64,000 nucleotides of DNA from an uncultured Alphaproteobacteria bacterium (GCA_963819465.1 CAWFWC010000012.1:21319-85318), one strand, 5' to 3'; counted from the stretch's first letter, positions 1 to 9,702 are shown. The notes: generated from the sequence alone by a model not told the origin. A program made the numbers and translations.

Positions 1-57
1 GGCAATAGACGCGAGAACGGCAATTATTTCAGCAATTGCCGCTCTCGCATTTTGATG

Positions 58-104
58 AGCATGATCTTGTCGGAGAACCGGAAGCCACTTTTCCGGATCA
101 TGCT
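58..104. repeat. REP-like imperfect palindromic intergenic element (copy 1)
   Basis: Perfect 9-bp arms agcatgatc / gatcatgct flank ttgtcggagaaccggaagccacttttccg. The element ends 10 nt before the GNAT stop codon at 114-116. Related copies lie near 5444, 19074 and 32945. Confidence 0.6.
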
Positions 105-113
105 GTCTGCCTC

Positions 114-752
114 TTACGCGACTTCTTTGACCCGTCCCCAAGCCTTGAGCGAGGCCCACAGGCCGCGATCGAGGCGGAAGCGGTCGAGCGGCGCCGAGGA
201 CTTGATGGCGCGGATGCGATAGAGGCCGACGCCGGTCCACTGAAAGCCGCACTTTTCCAGCACGCGGCGCGAGGCGGGGTTGCTGACGCGCGCGCCGGCC
301 TGCAAAGCCTCGTGATCGAGATCGCCGAAGGCATGATCGATCACCGCACGCGCCGCTTCGGTCGCATAGCCGTGATTCCAATAGGGCACGCCGAGCCAAT
401 AGCCGATCTCCGCCGTGCCTTCGCGCAGCCCGACACCACACATGCCGATGAGCTCGCCGCCGAGCTCGATGGCAAAGGTCGCTTCGCCTTCCTGCCGGTT
501 GACGTTTGCCAGGAATTGCTCGGCATCATCCGCGCCATAAGGATGCGGAATGCGTGCGGTATTCTCTGCGATTCGGCGATCGCCGACGAGACGTACAATC
601 GCTTTCACGTCGGCGAGACACGGTGCGCGCAGCACCAGCCGCTCAGTCTCAAGGACGGGAACGCAACGCTCGGATAGCGGTTGCGGGAGGCTTTGAGTCG
701 AAAGAGTCATCGCCTGGGCTCCTGCAGAAAAACCGAAAGGGGGAGCCGGCAT
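114..752 (-). CDS. GNAT family N-acetyltransferase (RimJ/RimL-like)
   Basis: The ORF carries a GNAT core: ...TERLVLRAP...GYWLGVPYWNHGYATEAARAVIDHAF...ARVSNPASRRVLEKCGF. The exact start is uncertain because there are several in-frame starts. Confidence 0.8.
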   Translation of the reverse strand: MPAPPFGFSAGAQAMTLSTQSLPQPLSERCVPVLETERLVLRAPCLADVKAIVRLVGDRRIAENTARIPHPYGADDAEQFLANVNRQEGEATFAIELGGELIGMCGVGLREGTAEIGYWLGVPYWNHGYATEAARAVIDHAFGDLDHEALQAGARVSNPASRRVLEKCGFQWTGVGLYRIRAIKSSAPLDRFRLDRGLWASLKAWGRVKEVA

Positions 753-832
753 CCCGGTCTCCCCCTGAATCGGAGCCCATTTGGGTCCGCCGGTTCGACT
801 GGATGCCGGCAGACCTCATATGATCCACCGTA

Positions 833-1105
833 TTACTGGGCCGCTGCCTCGGTCATCGAACGTATCGATACGTAGATGCGGCCTTTGGCTTTGGTCTGGA
901 ACTCAACTTTGCCGTCGATCAACGCAAACAACGTGTGGTCCTTGCCAAGGCCGACATTGCGGCCCGGATGCCATTTGGTACCGCGCTGACGCGCGATGAT
1001 GTTGCCGGCGAGCACTGCTTCGCCGCCGAAAATTTTCAGTCCCAAGCGCTGGCCCGCGGAATCGCGGCCGTTGCGTGAGGATCCGCCTGCTTTCTTGTGT
1101 GCCAT
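833..1105 (-). CDS. rpmA: 50S ribosomal protein L27
   Basis: This 90-aa ORF reads [22 protein letters not shown]...[13 protein letters not shown], the bL27 signature. It lies immediately downstream of rplU. Confidence 0.97.
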   Translation of the reverse strand: MAHKKAGGSSRNGRDSAGQRLGLKIFGGEAVLAGNIIARQRGTKWHPGRNVGLGKDHTLFALIDGKVEFQTKAKGRIYVSIRSMTEAAAQ

Positions 1106-1160
1106 CGCTGGCCTCCGAAACTCTCTAGCTAGTGGTTATACAGGATTCGTGACAGAAGCA

Positions 1161-1652
1161 TCACTTTCCAAAATCACTTCTTTTTGCCTTTGGCCGCCGC
1201 AGTTTTGCCTTTTGCGGCAGCCTTCGGGCGAGCCTGGCTTTGGGGCTGTCGCCTTCCGTAGCTTCGGCCGAGGCCTCGACTGCTGCCTTGGGCTTCGGCT
1301 CGCGCTTCGGCCGGGGCTTTGCTTCCTTGCTCGCCTTCTGACCGTCGGTCAGAATTTCGGTGATGCGCAGAAGCGTGAACTCCTGGCGATGGCCGATCTT
1401 ACGGCGCGAATTCTTACGCCGCCGTTTCTTGAACGCGATGATCTTGGCGCCACGCCCTTGTTCGAGCACCTGCGCCGCCACGGTGGCGCCGGCAACCATC
1501 GGGCTGCCCAGCTTCACGCTGTCGCCGCCGACGACCAGAACCTCGCCGAATTCGACGATTTCACCGGGTTCGCCCTTGATCTTGTCGACCTTGAGCACAT
1601 CCTCGGTGGCAACCCGGTATTGCTTGCCACCGGTTTTGAAGACCGCGAACAT
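1161..1652 (-). CDS. rplU: 50S ribosomal protein L21 with long K/P/A-rich C-terminal extension
   Basis: The N-terminal ~103 aa ([14 protein letters not shown]...[14 protein letters not shown]) is bL21. It is followed by a ~60-aa lysine/proline/alanine-rich tail. Confidence 0.95.
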   Translation of the reverse strand: MFAVFKTGGKQYRVATEDVLKVDKIKGEPGEIVEFGEVLVVGGDSVKLGSPMVAGATVAAQVLEQGRGAKIIAFKKRRRKNSRRKIGHRQEFTLLRITEILTDGQKASKEAKPRPKREPKPKAAVEASAEATEGDSPKARLARRLPQKAKLRRPKAKRSDFGK

Positions 1653-1834
1653 CTTTCTATCCTTGTGTTCGAATTCCGATACTCGGATTTTTCCGTCCGG
1701 ATCGGCTTCTTTCAGTCGATTCTGCTGATAGTTAGCGGCGTGATGTCCGGCCAGTACCCAATCCGGGCAAGCTTGACGACGCCAACGGGCGCTCTTATGA
1801 CGGTCCCGTAACGCCCTGTCAAGAAATGGAAAAC

Positions 1835-1861
1835 GGCCCGACCGCGACGCTTAATCGGGCC
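1835..1861 (-). terminator. Putative intrinsic terminator of the secreted-protein gene
   Basis: Arms ggcccg / cgggcc enclose a 15-nt loop. On the minus strand the hairpin is followed by gttttccatttctt. It overlaps the stop codon at 1851. Confidence 0.35.
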
Positions 1862-2561
1862 TTTTCTGCGCAGTCCTGATCGGAAAACTGGCCCGGCCTT
1901 TCCGGGACATGGACCCACGCGCCGCTGACTTCACATTGGTCACTTTGAGGTCGTTGAACTTCCAGGTGTCGACCTTGTCGGCGGACTCGGCATAGAGGCC
2001 GATGAGGCTTGACGTCTCCGGAGACTGCGCCCGCAAGCATCGCGCCGGGCTTGCCGTTGATGAAAACCGTGAGCGACTGGCCCTTGATGGTGAGCCGGAG
2101 CGTATTGGGCTTGTTGACGCCCTGCACGATGGCATCGGACTGCGTCCAATCGAGCGGTGCATTGACCCAGGCGCCATCCATCATGCGGCCGATCTTGTAA
2201 TAGCCGTTGGTCGCCAGCAGAAGAAAATAGGCATTGCGATAATCCTGCGCCCAGAACGCGAGCCCGGCGGCTGAAGCTTCCGGCTTGCCGATATCGAGCG
2301 CGGTGACGGTGACGCAGATGTCCGCATCATCGAACAAGAACGCATTGTCGAGCGCCTTGTAGCCGCGCTGACTGTCGGCCTTGATCACGGCCGCGCCATC
2401 CTTGATGGCGAAATTATTCGTCTGCGCCCCCCACGACGCATCGGCTGCGCAAAATCTTCGGCGAGCAGAACCTTGTCGCCCTGGCAGGCGAAACTCGGCT
2501 TTGTGTGGGTCAGAAGGAGCGCCGCAGCGAGAAAAGCAATGGCAACAGCTGGACAGCGCAT
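1851..2561 (-). pseudogene. Secreted beta-rich protein (DUF1080/LamG-like, tentative), disrupted by two frameshifts
   Basis: The gene occupies three frame segments. (i) The ATG at 2561 gives a Sec-type signal, MRCPAVAIAFLAAALLLTHTKPSFACQGDKVLLAEDFAQP. (ii) The body lies in the frame of ORF 1819..2565, from ...DASWGAQTNNFAIKDG to ...TVFINGKPGAMLAG. (iii) The C-terminus, ...SPETSSLIGLYAESADKVDTWKFNDLKVTNVK..., lies in the frame of ORF 1851..2177. The junctions fall at about 2438-2450 and 2015-2035. Confidence 0.55.
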
Positions 2562-2756
2562 TCATCTCACCTGATTCGAGACCGGATATTCCGCGTACGC
2601 CCGAACAGCGTCAAGATAACGGCTTGAATAACATCCAAAAACCAAGAAGCTGGACCAGTTTGGAAACGCCCAATGGGCCGAGGGAGGAGCCGGCAATGAC
2701 GATGAATACGGGGCTGAAAGAGACCGCCGCCGGCACACGTCGCATCGTCGCGCAAA

Positions 2757-3752
2757 TTGTCGCGCCGGACGCTGCTTGGCTATGCGCTCGTCGGCTCCGC
2801 ATGCCCAACTATCGTCAGCACGGCGCCGGCCCAGGGCGCGACCGAGATCCCGAGACATATCCGGGCCGTCAAGTCACATTCATCGTGCCGTTCGCGCCGG
2901 CCGGCTCGACCGACCTGCTGGCGCGTCTGCTGGCCGAGCGGCTGCAGCAGCGGCTCGGGAAGCCTTTCGTCGTGGAGAATCGTCCGGGTGCCGGCACGGT
3001 GCATCGCCACCAACTTCGTCGCCAAGTCGCCGCCAGACGGCTACACGATCATGATGGCGGTGTCCTCGCTCGCCATCGACGCGACGCTCTACAAATCGCT
3101 GCCCTATGACCCGGCCAAGGATCTCGCGCTGGTGTCGCTGGTGGCGACGGTGCCGTTCGTGCTCGTCGTCAATCCGTCGCTGCCGGCCACCACCGTCGCC
3201 GATCTGATCAAGCTCGCCAAGGAACGGTCGCTGAGCTACGGCTCGGGCGGCATCGGCGCCTTTCATCATCTCGCCGGCGCGCTATTTGCCAATATGGCCG
3301 GCATCAAGATGCAGCACGTGCCTTATCGCGGCACGGCGCCGGCGCTCAACGATCTCATGGGCGGATATATCCAACTCATGTTCAGCGACATGAGCGCTGC
3401 GTTGCCGCTGATCAATTCAGGAAAAGTCCGCGCGCTTGCGGTGACGACCAAGCAGCGCGTCTCGGCGCTCCCCGACGTGCCGCCGCTCGCCGAAGCCGGC
3501 GTGCCCGGCTACGACGTCGCGGCTTGGCAAGGCGTGATTGCGCCGGCCCAGACACCCGAACCGATTCTGGCCAAACTCAATACCGAGATCAATGCGATCG
3601 TGAACGGCGAGGAAATTCGCACTCGCCTCAAGGCGCTCGGCATGATTCCGGCCGGAACCGGCACGGTCCCGGAGCTGCAGAAATTTCTCGACGCCGAAAT
3701 CGTGCGCTGGGGCCAAGTCGTGCGCGACGCCGGTATTGCCGGGACCGAGTAG
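2757..3752 (+). pseudogene. Bug/TctC-family tripartite tricarboxylate transporter substrate-binding protein, two frameshifts
   Basis: The signal-like N-terminus MSRRTLLGYALVGSACPTIVSTAPAQG is in the frame of ORF 2757. The conserved segment YPGRQVTFIVPFAPAGSTDLLARLLAERLQQRLGKPFVVENRPGAG is in the frame of ORF 2381. The rest, IATNFVAKSPPDGYTIMM...RWGQVVRDAGI, is back in the 2757 frame. The junctions fall at about 2825-2860 and 2999-3003. Compare the intact paralog at 40124..41116. Confidence 0.7.
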
Positions 3753-3819
3753 GCGGCCGGTTCAGCTTTTGCCGGCCGCATGCGATAGTAAAGTTGTCGC
3801 GACAATTCCGGGATCACTC

Positions 3820-4353
3820 GTGCATAGCCCCACGAATATCGAAACAGCATGGCCGGACGCGATCCACGCCCAGTTCCGGCGTGTCGGCATCCGCCAGGTC
3901 GGCTATGTGCCCGATGCCGGCCACAGCCGGCTCATCAAACTGTGCCAGGACGATCCCACGATCGCCGACGTGGTGCTGACCACGGAAGAGGAAGGCGTCG
4001 GCCTGGTCGCCGGCGCCGCGCTCGGCGGGCAGCGTGCGGCGCTGCTGATGCAATCTAGCGGCGTCGGCAATTGCATCAACATGTTTTCGCTGTTGCGCAA
4101 TTGCGGCTTCGGCTGCGTCATCCTTGTGACCATGCGCGGCGAGTTCGGCGAGTTCAATCCGTGGCAAGTGCCGATGGGCGCGATCACCGACGACGTGCTG
4201 AAGCTCTCGGGTTTTCTCACCTACCGCATCGACAGCGCCGAGGATGTCGACGACATCGTTGGCGCCGGCTGCGACATGGCCTTCGACGGCAATTTGCAAG
4301 TGGCGATCCTGCTGTCGCAGCGGCTGATCGGGCGCAAGCAATGGACGCGATGA
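3820..4353 (+). CDS. TPP-dependent sulfopyruvate/phosphonopyruvate decarboxylase family, alpha (ComD-like) subunit
   Basis: TTEEEGVGLVAGAALGGQRAALLMQSSGVGNCINMFSLL and RGEFGEFNPWQVPMG match the ComD pattern TREEEAFGICAGAYLAGKK.AILMQNSGIGNSIN...RGD...QIPMG. I chose the GTG start at 3820. The ORF is also open from TTG 3736. Confidence 0.75.
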   Translation: MHSPTNIETAWPDAIHAQFRRVGIRQVGYVPDAGHSRLIKLCQDDPTIADVVLTTEEEGVGLVAGAALGGQRAALLMQSSGVGNCINMFSLLRNCGFGCVILVTMRGEFGEFNPWQVPMGAITDDVLKLSGFLTYRIDSAEDVDDIVGAGCDMAFDGNLQVAILLSQRLIGRKQWTR

Positions 4354-4916
4354 TGATCGAGCGGCGCGCCTTCGTCCGTGAGCTTCTCGCCGACCGCGGC
4401 GATCTTCTCGTCGTCAGCGGGCTCGGCTCGGCCACCTATGATGCAGCAGCGGCGGGCGATCATCCGCTCAATTTCTATCTCTGGGGCGCGATGGGCGGCA
4501 CGCTGATGATCGGGCTCGGGCTCGCGCTGGCGCGCCCCGATCGCCGCGTCGCCGTGATCACCGGCGACGGCGATTTCCTGATGGGGCTCGGCAGTCTCGC
4601 CACGATCGGCGTCAAGCAGCCGAACAATCTGGCCGTCGTCGTGCTCGACAATGCGCATTACGGCGAGACCGGGATGCAAGCGAGCGCAACGCAATCGGGC
4701 ATCGATCCGGTCGCCACGGCTCTGGCCTGCCGGTTCAAGCAGGGCCGTCAGGTATCGCGCATCGAGGACGCGGCCGGCATCCGTGCGTTGCTGCATTCGG
4801 GCGAAGGCCCGCTTCTCGTCCATGCACGCATCAAGTCCGAGGACACGCCGCGGGTTCTGCCGCTGCGCGACGGCCACGCCATCAAAGAGCGCTTTATTGC
4901 CGCTTTGAACGGCTAG
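4341..4916 (+). CDS. TPP-dependent sulfopyruvate/phosphonopyruvate decarboxylase family, beta (ComE-like) subunit
   Basis: The TPP-binding motif GDGDFLMGLGSLATIGVKQPNNLAVVVLDNAHYGETGMQ is present. Start candidates are 4341, 4350 and 4353, and the ATG at 4350 forms an ATGA overlap with the alpha-subunit stop. Confidence 0.75.
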   Translation: MDAMMIERRAFVRELLADRGDLLVVSGLGSATYDAAAAGDHPLNFYLWGAMGGTLMIGLGLALARPDRRVAVITGDGDFLMGLGSLATIGVKQPNNLAVVVLDNAHYGETGMQASATQSGIDPVATALACRFKQGRQVSRIEDAAGIRALLHSGEGPLLVHARIKSEDTPRVLPLRDGHAIKERFIAALNG

Positions 4917-4971
4917 AATTTTCGCTTGAGCTTGAACCGACGCGCGTGAAGGCCGCAAGCTTGGCAAGCCG

Positions 4972-5433
4972 ATGCCCGACTGGACCATATCGATCCGCGA
5001 TCCGCAGCCGGCCGACGAGGCGGCGTGGCGCGAGCTGTGGGCGGGCTACAATGCGTTTTACGAAACGGTGCTGTCGGAAACCGTCACGGCGCGAACCTGG
5101 CAACGCATGCTCGAGCGGGCCTCGCCGATCTTTGGCCGAATTGCCGTCGCCAACGACGACGTCGCCGGATTCAGCATCAGCATTCTTCATGAGGGCACGT
5201 GGGTCATCGCGCCGATTTGCTATCTCGAAGACCTGTTCGTCGCCCCGAAATTCCGCGGCCAGGGACTGGGCCGGATGTTGGTCGCCGATCTGGTGCAGCA
5301 CGCGCGAATGAAGGGCTGGTCGCGACTTTACTGGCACACCCGCGACAGCAATCCGGCGCGGCGGCTCTATGACGAATTCACCAAGGCCGACGATTTCGTC
5401 CGCTACAAAATGAATTTTCCGGACAAGTCGTAG
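4972..5433 (+). CDS. GNAT family N-acetyltransferase
   Basis: This 153-aa ORF carries GNAT motif A: LFVAPKFRGQGLGRMLVADLVQHARMKGWSRLYWHT. Confidence 0.8.
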   Translation: MPDWTISIRDPQPADEAAWRELWAGYNAFYETVLSETVTARTWQRMLERASPIFGRIAVANDDVAGFSISILHEGTWVIAPICYLEDLFVAPKFRGQGLGRMLVADLVQHARMKGWSRLYWHTRDSNPARRLYDEFTKADDFVRYKMNFPDKS

Positions 5434-5443
5434 ACTTCCGTTC

Positions 5444-5491
5444 GAGCACGATCTTTCGGAAAACCGGTTCCCTCTTTTCCGGATCATGCTC
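5444..5491. repeat. REP-like palindromic element (copy 2)
   Basis: The sequence is gagcacgatctttcggaaaaccggttccctcttttccggatcatgctc. It sits between two convergent genes, and its right end touches the regulator stop codon. Confidence 0.6.
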
Positions 5492-6519
5492 TACGCACTG
5501 AACCGCGCGCGATAATCCTGCGGCGTCGACGCCAAGAGCCGGCCGAAACTGCGCCGCAGGGTCTCTTCCGAGCCGAAGCCGCAGCGGGCGGCGATGCGCT
5601 TTACCGGCAGCCGCGTATCGGAGAGTAGCCGCCGCGCCGCCTCCACGCGCAGCCGCTCGACGGCGCGCGCCGGCGTCAGGCCGGTCGATTGCGCATAGTG
5701 CCGGCTGAAACTGCGCTCGCTCATGCCGGCCCTACGGGCCATTGCCGGCAGCGACAGGTCGCCGTTCAGCCGACCGCTCATCCAGGCATGCAGATCGCCG
5801 AAACGATCTTCGGCGCCTTGCAGCGACAGGACCGTGCTAAACTGCGCCTGGCCGCCGGGACGCTTGAGAAACATCACCAGATGCCGCGCCACCGCGAGCG
5901 AGAGGCCGCGGCCGGCGTCTTCCTCCACCAGCGCCAACGCAAGGTCGATCGCCGCCGTCACGCCGGCCGAGGTCCAGACTGAACCGTCCCTGACATAGAT
6001 CGGATCGGATTCGACGCGGATCGCCGGATGGCGGCGGGCAAGCTCGGCACAATGCCGCCAATGGGTCGCCGCGCGCCGCTCATTCAACAGGCCCACAGCG
6101 CCGAGCAGAAACGCCCCGGTGCAGACCGAGGCGACGCGGCGCGCGCGCTTGGCGCGCCGGCGCAGCCAATCGAGCACCCTCGGATTGTTGGCCGCGGCAT
6201 GCACACCCGGACCGCCGGCTACCAATAGCGTATCGAGCTTCGCCGACACCCGCGGCAGCGGCGCGACGGCAAGCCCCAACCCGGCCGAGGTGACCACGTT
6301 CGGCGCGCCCGCCGAAACCACCCGCACGGCATAGAGCGGGGCGTCACCGCGCGCGGCCACAAGCTCGTTCGCGGTGGCAAAGACCTGCAACGGACCGGCT
6401 ACGTCGAGCAATTGCCCGGCAGGAAACGTCAGTATTTCAACCGTGCGCAAGCGCAAACTGCGCGAAGCGGGCGTCGGCAGTGTTGGCGGGAAACGAGGGT
6501 TCTTTGGCATTTCCGCCAC
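5491..6519 (-). CDS. GlxA-family transcriptional regulator (DJ-1/PfpI-like domain + AraC HTH)
   Basis: The N-terminal part is amidotransferase-like (VASVCTGAFLLGAVGLL). The C-terminal part is an AraC-type HTH (SERSFSRHYAQSTGLTPARAVERLRVEAARRLL...IAARCGFGSEETLRRSFGR). Confidence 0.85.
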   Translation of the reverse strand: MAEMPKNPRFPPTLPTPASRSLRLRTVEILTFPAGQLLDVAGPLQVFATANELVAARGDAPLYAVRVVSAGAPNVVTSAGLGLAVAPLPRVSAKLDTLLVAGGPGVHAAANNPRVLDWLRRRAKRARRVASVCTGAFLLGAVGLLNERRAATHWRHCAELARRHPAIRVESDPIYVRDGSVWTSAGVTAAIDLALALVEEDAGRGLSLAVARHLVMFLKRPGGQAQFSTVLSLQGAEDRFGDLHAWMSGRLNGDLSLPAMARRAGMSERSFSRHYAQSTGLTPARAVERLRVEAARRLLSDTRLPVKRIAARCGFGSEETLRRSFGRLLASTPQDYRARFSA

Positions 6520-6579
6520 AGCTTGTCATTCTACATTGCTCCTGTCGAGAGGCTGCGGCCTCTCGTAAGGAGGCACATC

Positions 6580-7305
6580 ATGAGCGTACAAGGGAATGCA
6601 CAGGTCGCGCCGGAGACGCATCTTCAGATCGGCTCGCTGATCTTCGAGCGGCTCGACCAGATCGATCTGACCGGCCCATTCGAAGTGTTCAGCCGCATTC
6701 CGAATTCGACTTATCGGATCTACGGCAAAAGCACCGCGCCACTGCGCGATCTGCGCGGCTTGCGCATGATGGCGGACGCAACGCTTGCCAAAGCGCCGCA
6801 GCTCGATCTCCTGCACATCCCGGGCGGCTTCGGCCAGGAAGCCATAATGGATGACGAGGACGTGCTTGGCTGGATCCGCCTTCAGGCAAAAGATGCGCGC
6901 TGCGTGTTTTCGGTCTGCACCGGCGCCTTGATCCTCGGCGCCGCCGGGCTGCTGCAGGGACGCCGCGCCACGACGCATTGGGCGTCGATCGATCTCTTGC
7001 CCCATTTCGGCGCGACGGTCGTGAACGAGCGCGTCGTCACGGACGGCAAATTCGTGTTCGCCGCGGGCGTTACATCGGGCATCGATGGCGCACTGCGTGT
7101 CGCCGCCGATCTGCGCGGCGACCACGTCGCGCAAGCCATCCAGCTCGGCATTGCCTATGCGCCCGAGCCGCCGTTCAATGCCGGCACGCCGGAAACGGCG
7201 CCGCCCGCCGTCCTGGCGCAGGCCCAGGAGGCGATGCGGCCAATTACCGAGCAGCGCATTGCGACGGCACGCAGGATTGCCGCGCGGCTCGGGCTTGCTG
7301 CATGA
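6580..7305 (+). CDS. DJ-1/PfpI family protein
   Basis: An SD sequence aaggagg lies 6 nt upstream of the ATG at 6580. The nucleophile-elbow motif FSVCTGALILGAAGLLQGRRATTHW is present. The gene is divergent from the GlxA-type regulator. Confidence 0.85.
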   Translation: MSVQGNAQVAPETHLQIGSLIFERLDQIDLTGPFEVFSRIPNSTYRIYGKSTAPLRDLRGLRMMADATLAKAPQLDLLHIPGGFGQEAIMDDEDVLGWIRLQAKDARCVFSVCTGALILGAAGLLQGRRATTHWASIDLLPHFGATVVNERVVTDGKFVFAAGVTSGIDGALRVAADLRGDHVAQAIQLGIAYAPEPPFNAGTPETAPPAVLAQAQEAMRPITEQRIATARRIAARLGLAA

Positions 7306-7359
7306 GCGGCTTTCAGCCCGATTTGCGCCGGAAGCAGCCCGGACCCTATAAGCGACGGA

Positions 7360-9208
7360 ATGAGCCGCCGGGAGCGACGCGCCAATCTCAGCCGTGCCGG
7401 ACGGACCTCCTCCCATCCTGGAGCGTCGTCCGACCCGCGGCCGCTCATAGGCATCGATGATGCCTACGCGGCAGCCATGGCGCATTACCGGCGCCGTGAA
7501 TTCGTGGCGGCGCAGAACGCCTGCCGCGACATTCTCGCCCGCGATCCCGGCCATGTCGCAAGCCTCGTTCTGCTCGGCGACCTGGTGCAGCAGGACGGCC
7601 GCAACAAACAGGCGGTGAAATTGCTGTCGCAGGCGCTAGCCCGCGATCCGCGCAACGCGAGCGCGCACGACACTATCGCCATCGCCTATCATGCGCTCGG
7701 CCGCCGCGACGACGCCGTTGCTCACTTCACGCAAGCGCTGATGCTCGGACTGGGCGATGCCGAGAACCTCGTCAAGCACAGTGCGGCCATCGCCACGCCA
7801 CTGCAGCGGCTCGCGGCTGCGTGGCCGCGCACTTTGCCGCTGCCCGATCTGCTCGGCGATGCCGCCGCAAATCCGCTCGGACGCGAACCGCTCTTGCTGG
7901 CGCTGCTGGGATTGCGGCCGATCCATGACGTCGAGCTGGAGCGATTGTTCACAGCGCTTCGCCGCGGCTTGCCGCAAGGCGCGGCTGATGACGACCTCGT
8001 CTTGGATGCCGACGGCGCCGAATTCTTTTGCGCCTTGGCACAACAATGCTTCATCAACGAATACGTGTTCGCGCAGAACGAGGACGAACGCGCGCAGTTG
8101 CGCAAGGTGCAAGACCGCATCGCCGCTGCGCTCGAGGACGACTTCACCGATCGCGCAGCGCGATCTGATCGCGGCCGCGAGTTACCAGCCGCTTTACACA
8201 TTGCCCAAGGCCGCGGCGCTGCTACAGCGCCCCTTCCCCGGCGCGCTGATGCGGTTGCTCGTGGAGCAGATCAGCGAGCCGCTCGAGGAGCAGGCGGACC
8301 TTGCCAATATCCCAACACTGACGGCGATCGATGACGCAGTGTCGCTGAAGGTGCAGCATCAATACGAGGAAAATCCCTATCCGCGATGGATCACAGCGCC
8401 ACCGGTCGAGCCGACAAGGCTCACGGATTTTCTGGCGCAGGACATCGGCGTCACTCCAGTGGCGTGGGACGATGCGGCCAGACCGATCGATATCCTGGTT
8501 GCCGGGTGCGGCACCGGCGCCCATTCGATCGACACCGCGCGGCGATTTGCGCATACGCAGGTGCTGGCGATCGACATGAGCCGCACGAGCCTCGCTTATG
8601 CGCGCAGAAAAACCCGAGCTTTAGGCCTTACCAACGTCGAATATTGGCAGGCCGATATCTTGAAACTGGTTTCGCTCGGGCGGCAGTTCGACGTGATCGA
8701 GGCCGCGGGCGTGCTGCATCACCTCGCTGATCCGGCCGCGGCGTGGCGGCTCTTGCTGTCGCTGTTGCGCCCGAACGGCTTGATGTTTGTCGGCCTCTAC
8801 AGCGCCGCGGCGCGGCGGCCGCTCGCAGCAGCGCGCGCTTTGATCGCTGAGCGTGGCTACAGACCAACGGCTGAAGATATCCGCGCCTGCCGGCAAGACT
8901 TGATGGCGCGCCACGGCCTGCCACCGTTCAACGACTTCGCCAGCACCAGCGGCTGCCGCGACCTCCTGTTCAATGTCATGGAGCACGAGTTCACGATTCC
9001 GGAGATCAAAACGTTTCTCGACGCGAACAACCTGATATTTCTCGGCTTCGGCCAATTGCCGCCCGATATCCGCGAGCGGTTTGGCCAGCAGTTTCCGGAT
9101 CCCGCGGCGCGGCGCGACCTCAATGCCTGGCACGCCTTCGAGCAGAAGAATCCCTACACGTTCGGCAACATGTATTTCTTCTGGGTGCAGAAGAGCGCGA
9201 CGGCGTGA
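7360..9208 (+). pseudogene. TPR repeat + class I SAM-dependent methyltransferase fusion protein, one frameshift
   Basis: The TPR half (...ARDPGHVASLVLLGDLVQQDGRNKQAVKLLSQALARDPRNASAHDTIAIAYHALGRRDDAV...) lies in the frame of ORF 7360. The methyltransferase half (ILVAGCGTGAHSID...VLAIDMS...FDVIEAAGVLHHL...LRPNGLMFV) lies in the frame of ORF 7757. The junction ...AAALEDD / SPIAQRDLIAAASYQPLYTLP falls at about 8140-8150. Both frames read as Arg/Ala-rich junk beyond the junction. Confidence 0.6.
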
Positions 9209-9218
9209 GAAGGCAGCC

Positions 9219-9680
9219 TTACGCCTTCGCGGCGCGCTTCACGGCTTCGATGATTTCCGGATAAGCGGCGCAGCGGCAGAGATTGCCGGAGAGATAGTGC
9301 TTGATGTCGTCGTCGCTCGGATCGGGATTCTCTTTGAGCAATTGATGCGCCATCAGGACGAAACCCGGCGTGCAGAAGCCGCATTGAAATGCGCCGCAAT
9401 CGATGAAGGCCTGCTGCACTTTGGAAAGCGCGCCATCGGCATCGAGATGTTCGACGGTCGTGACTTTCTTGCCGTCGACCCAGACGCCAAAATAGAGGCA
9501 GCCGGACACGGCGACGTCGTCGACCAGCACCGTGCAGCAGCCACACAGGCCCTGGCCGCAGCTTTCGCGCGCGCCGAGCAGATCGAAGCGCTGCAGCAAT
9601 TCGACGAGATTGCGATGCGGCTCGATGGCGGTCGAGACCGCTTCGTCGTTGAGAGTGAAATTGATGACCTGCATGCTCAT
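9219..9680 (-). CDS. Xanthine dehydrogenase family (2Fe-2S)-binding small subunit
   Basis: Two cysteine clusters are present: CGQGLCGCCTV and CGFCTPG...CRC. An alternative start lies at 9695. Confidence 0.9.
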   Translation of the reverse strand: MSMQVINFTLNDEAVSTAIEPHRNLVELLQRFDLLGARESCGQGLCGCCTVLVDDVAVSGCLYFGVWVDGKKVTTVEHLDADGALSKVQQAFIDCGAFQCGFCTPGFVLMAHQLLKENPDPSDDDIKHYLSGNLCRCAAYPEIIEAVKRAAKA

Positions 9681-9702
9681 TGTCGTTCCAGTCATTCGCC
9701 AA

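Noticed and set aside
36-677. A 213-aa + strand ORF sits at the window start.
   Set aside because: It lies opposite the GNAT gene (114..752), which has clear acetyltransferase motifs. The + strand translation is low-complexity.
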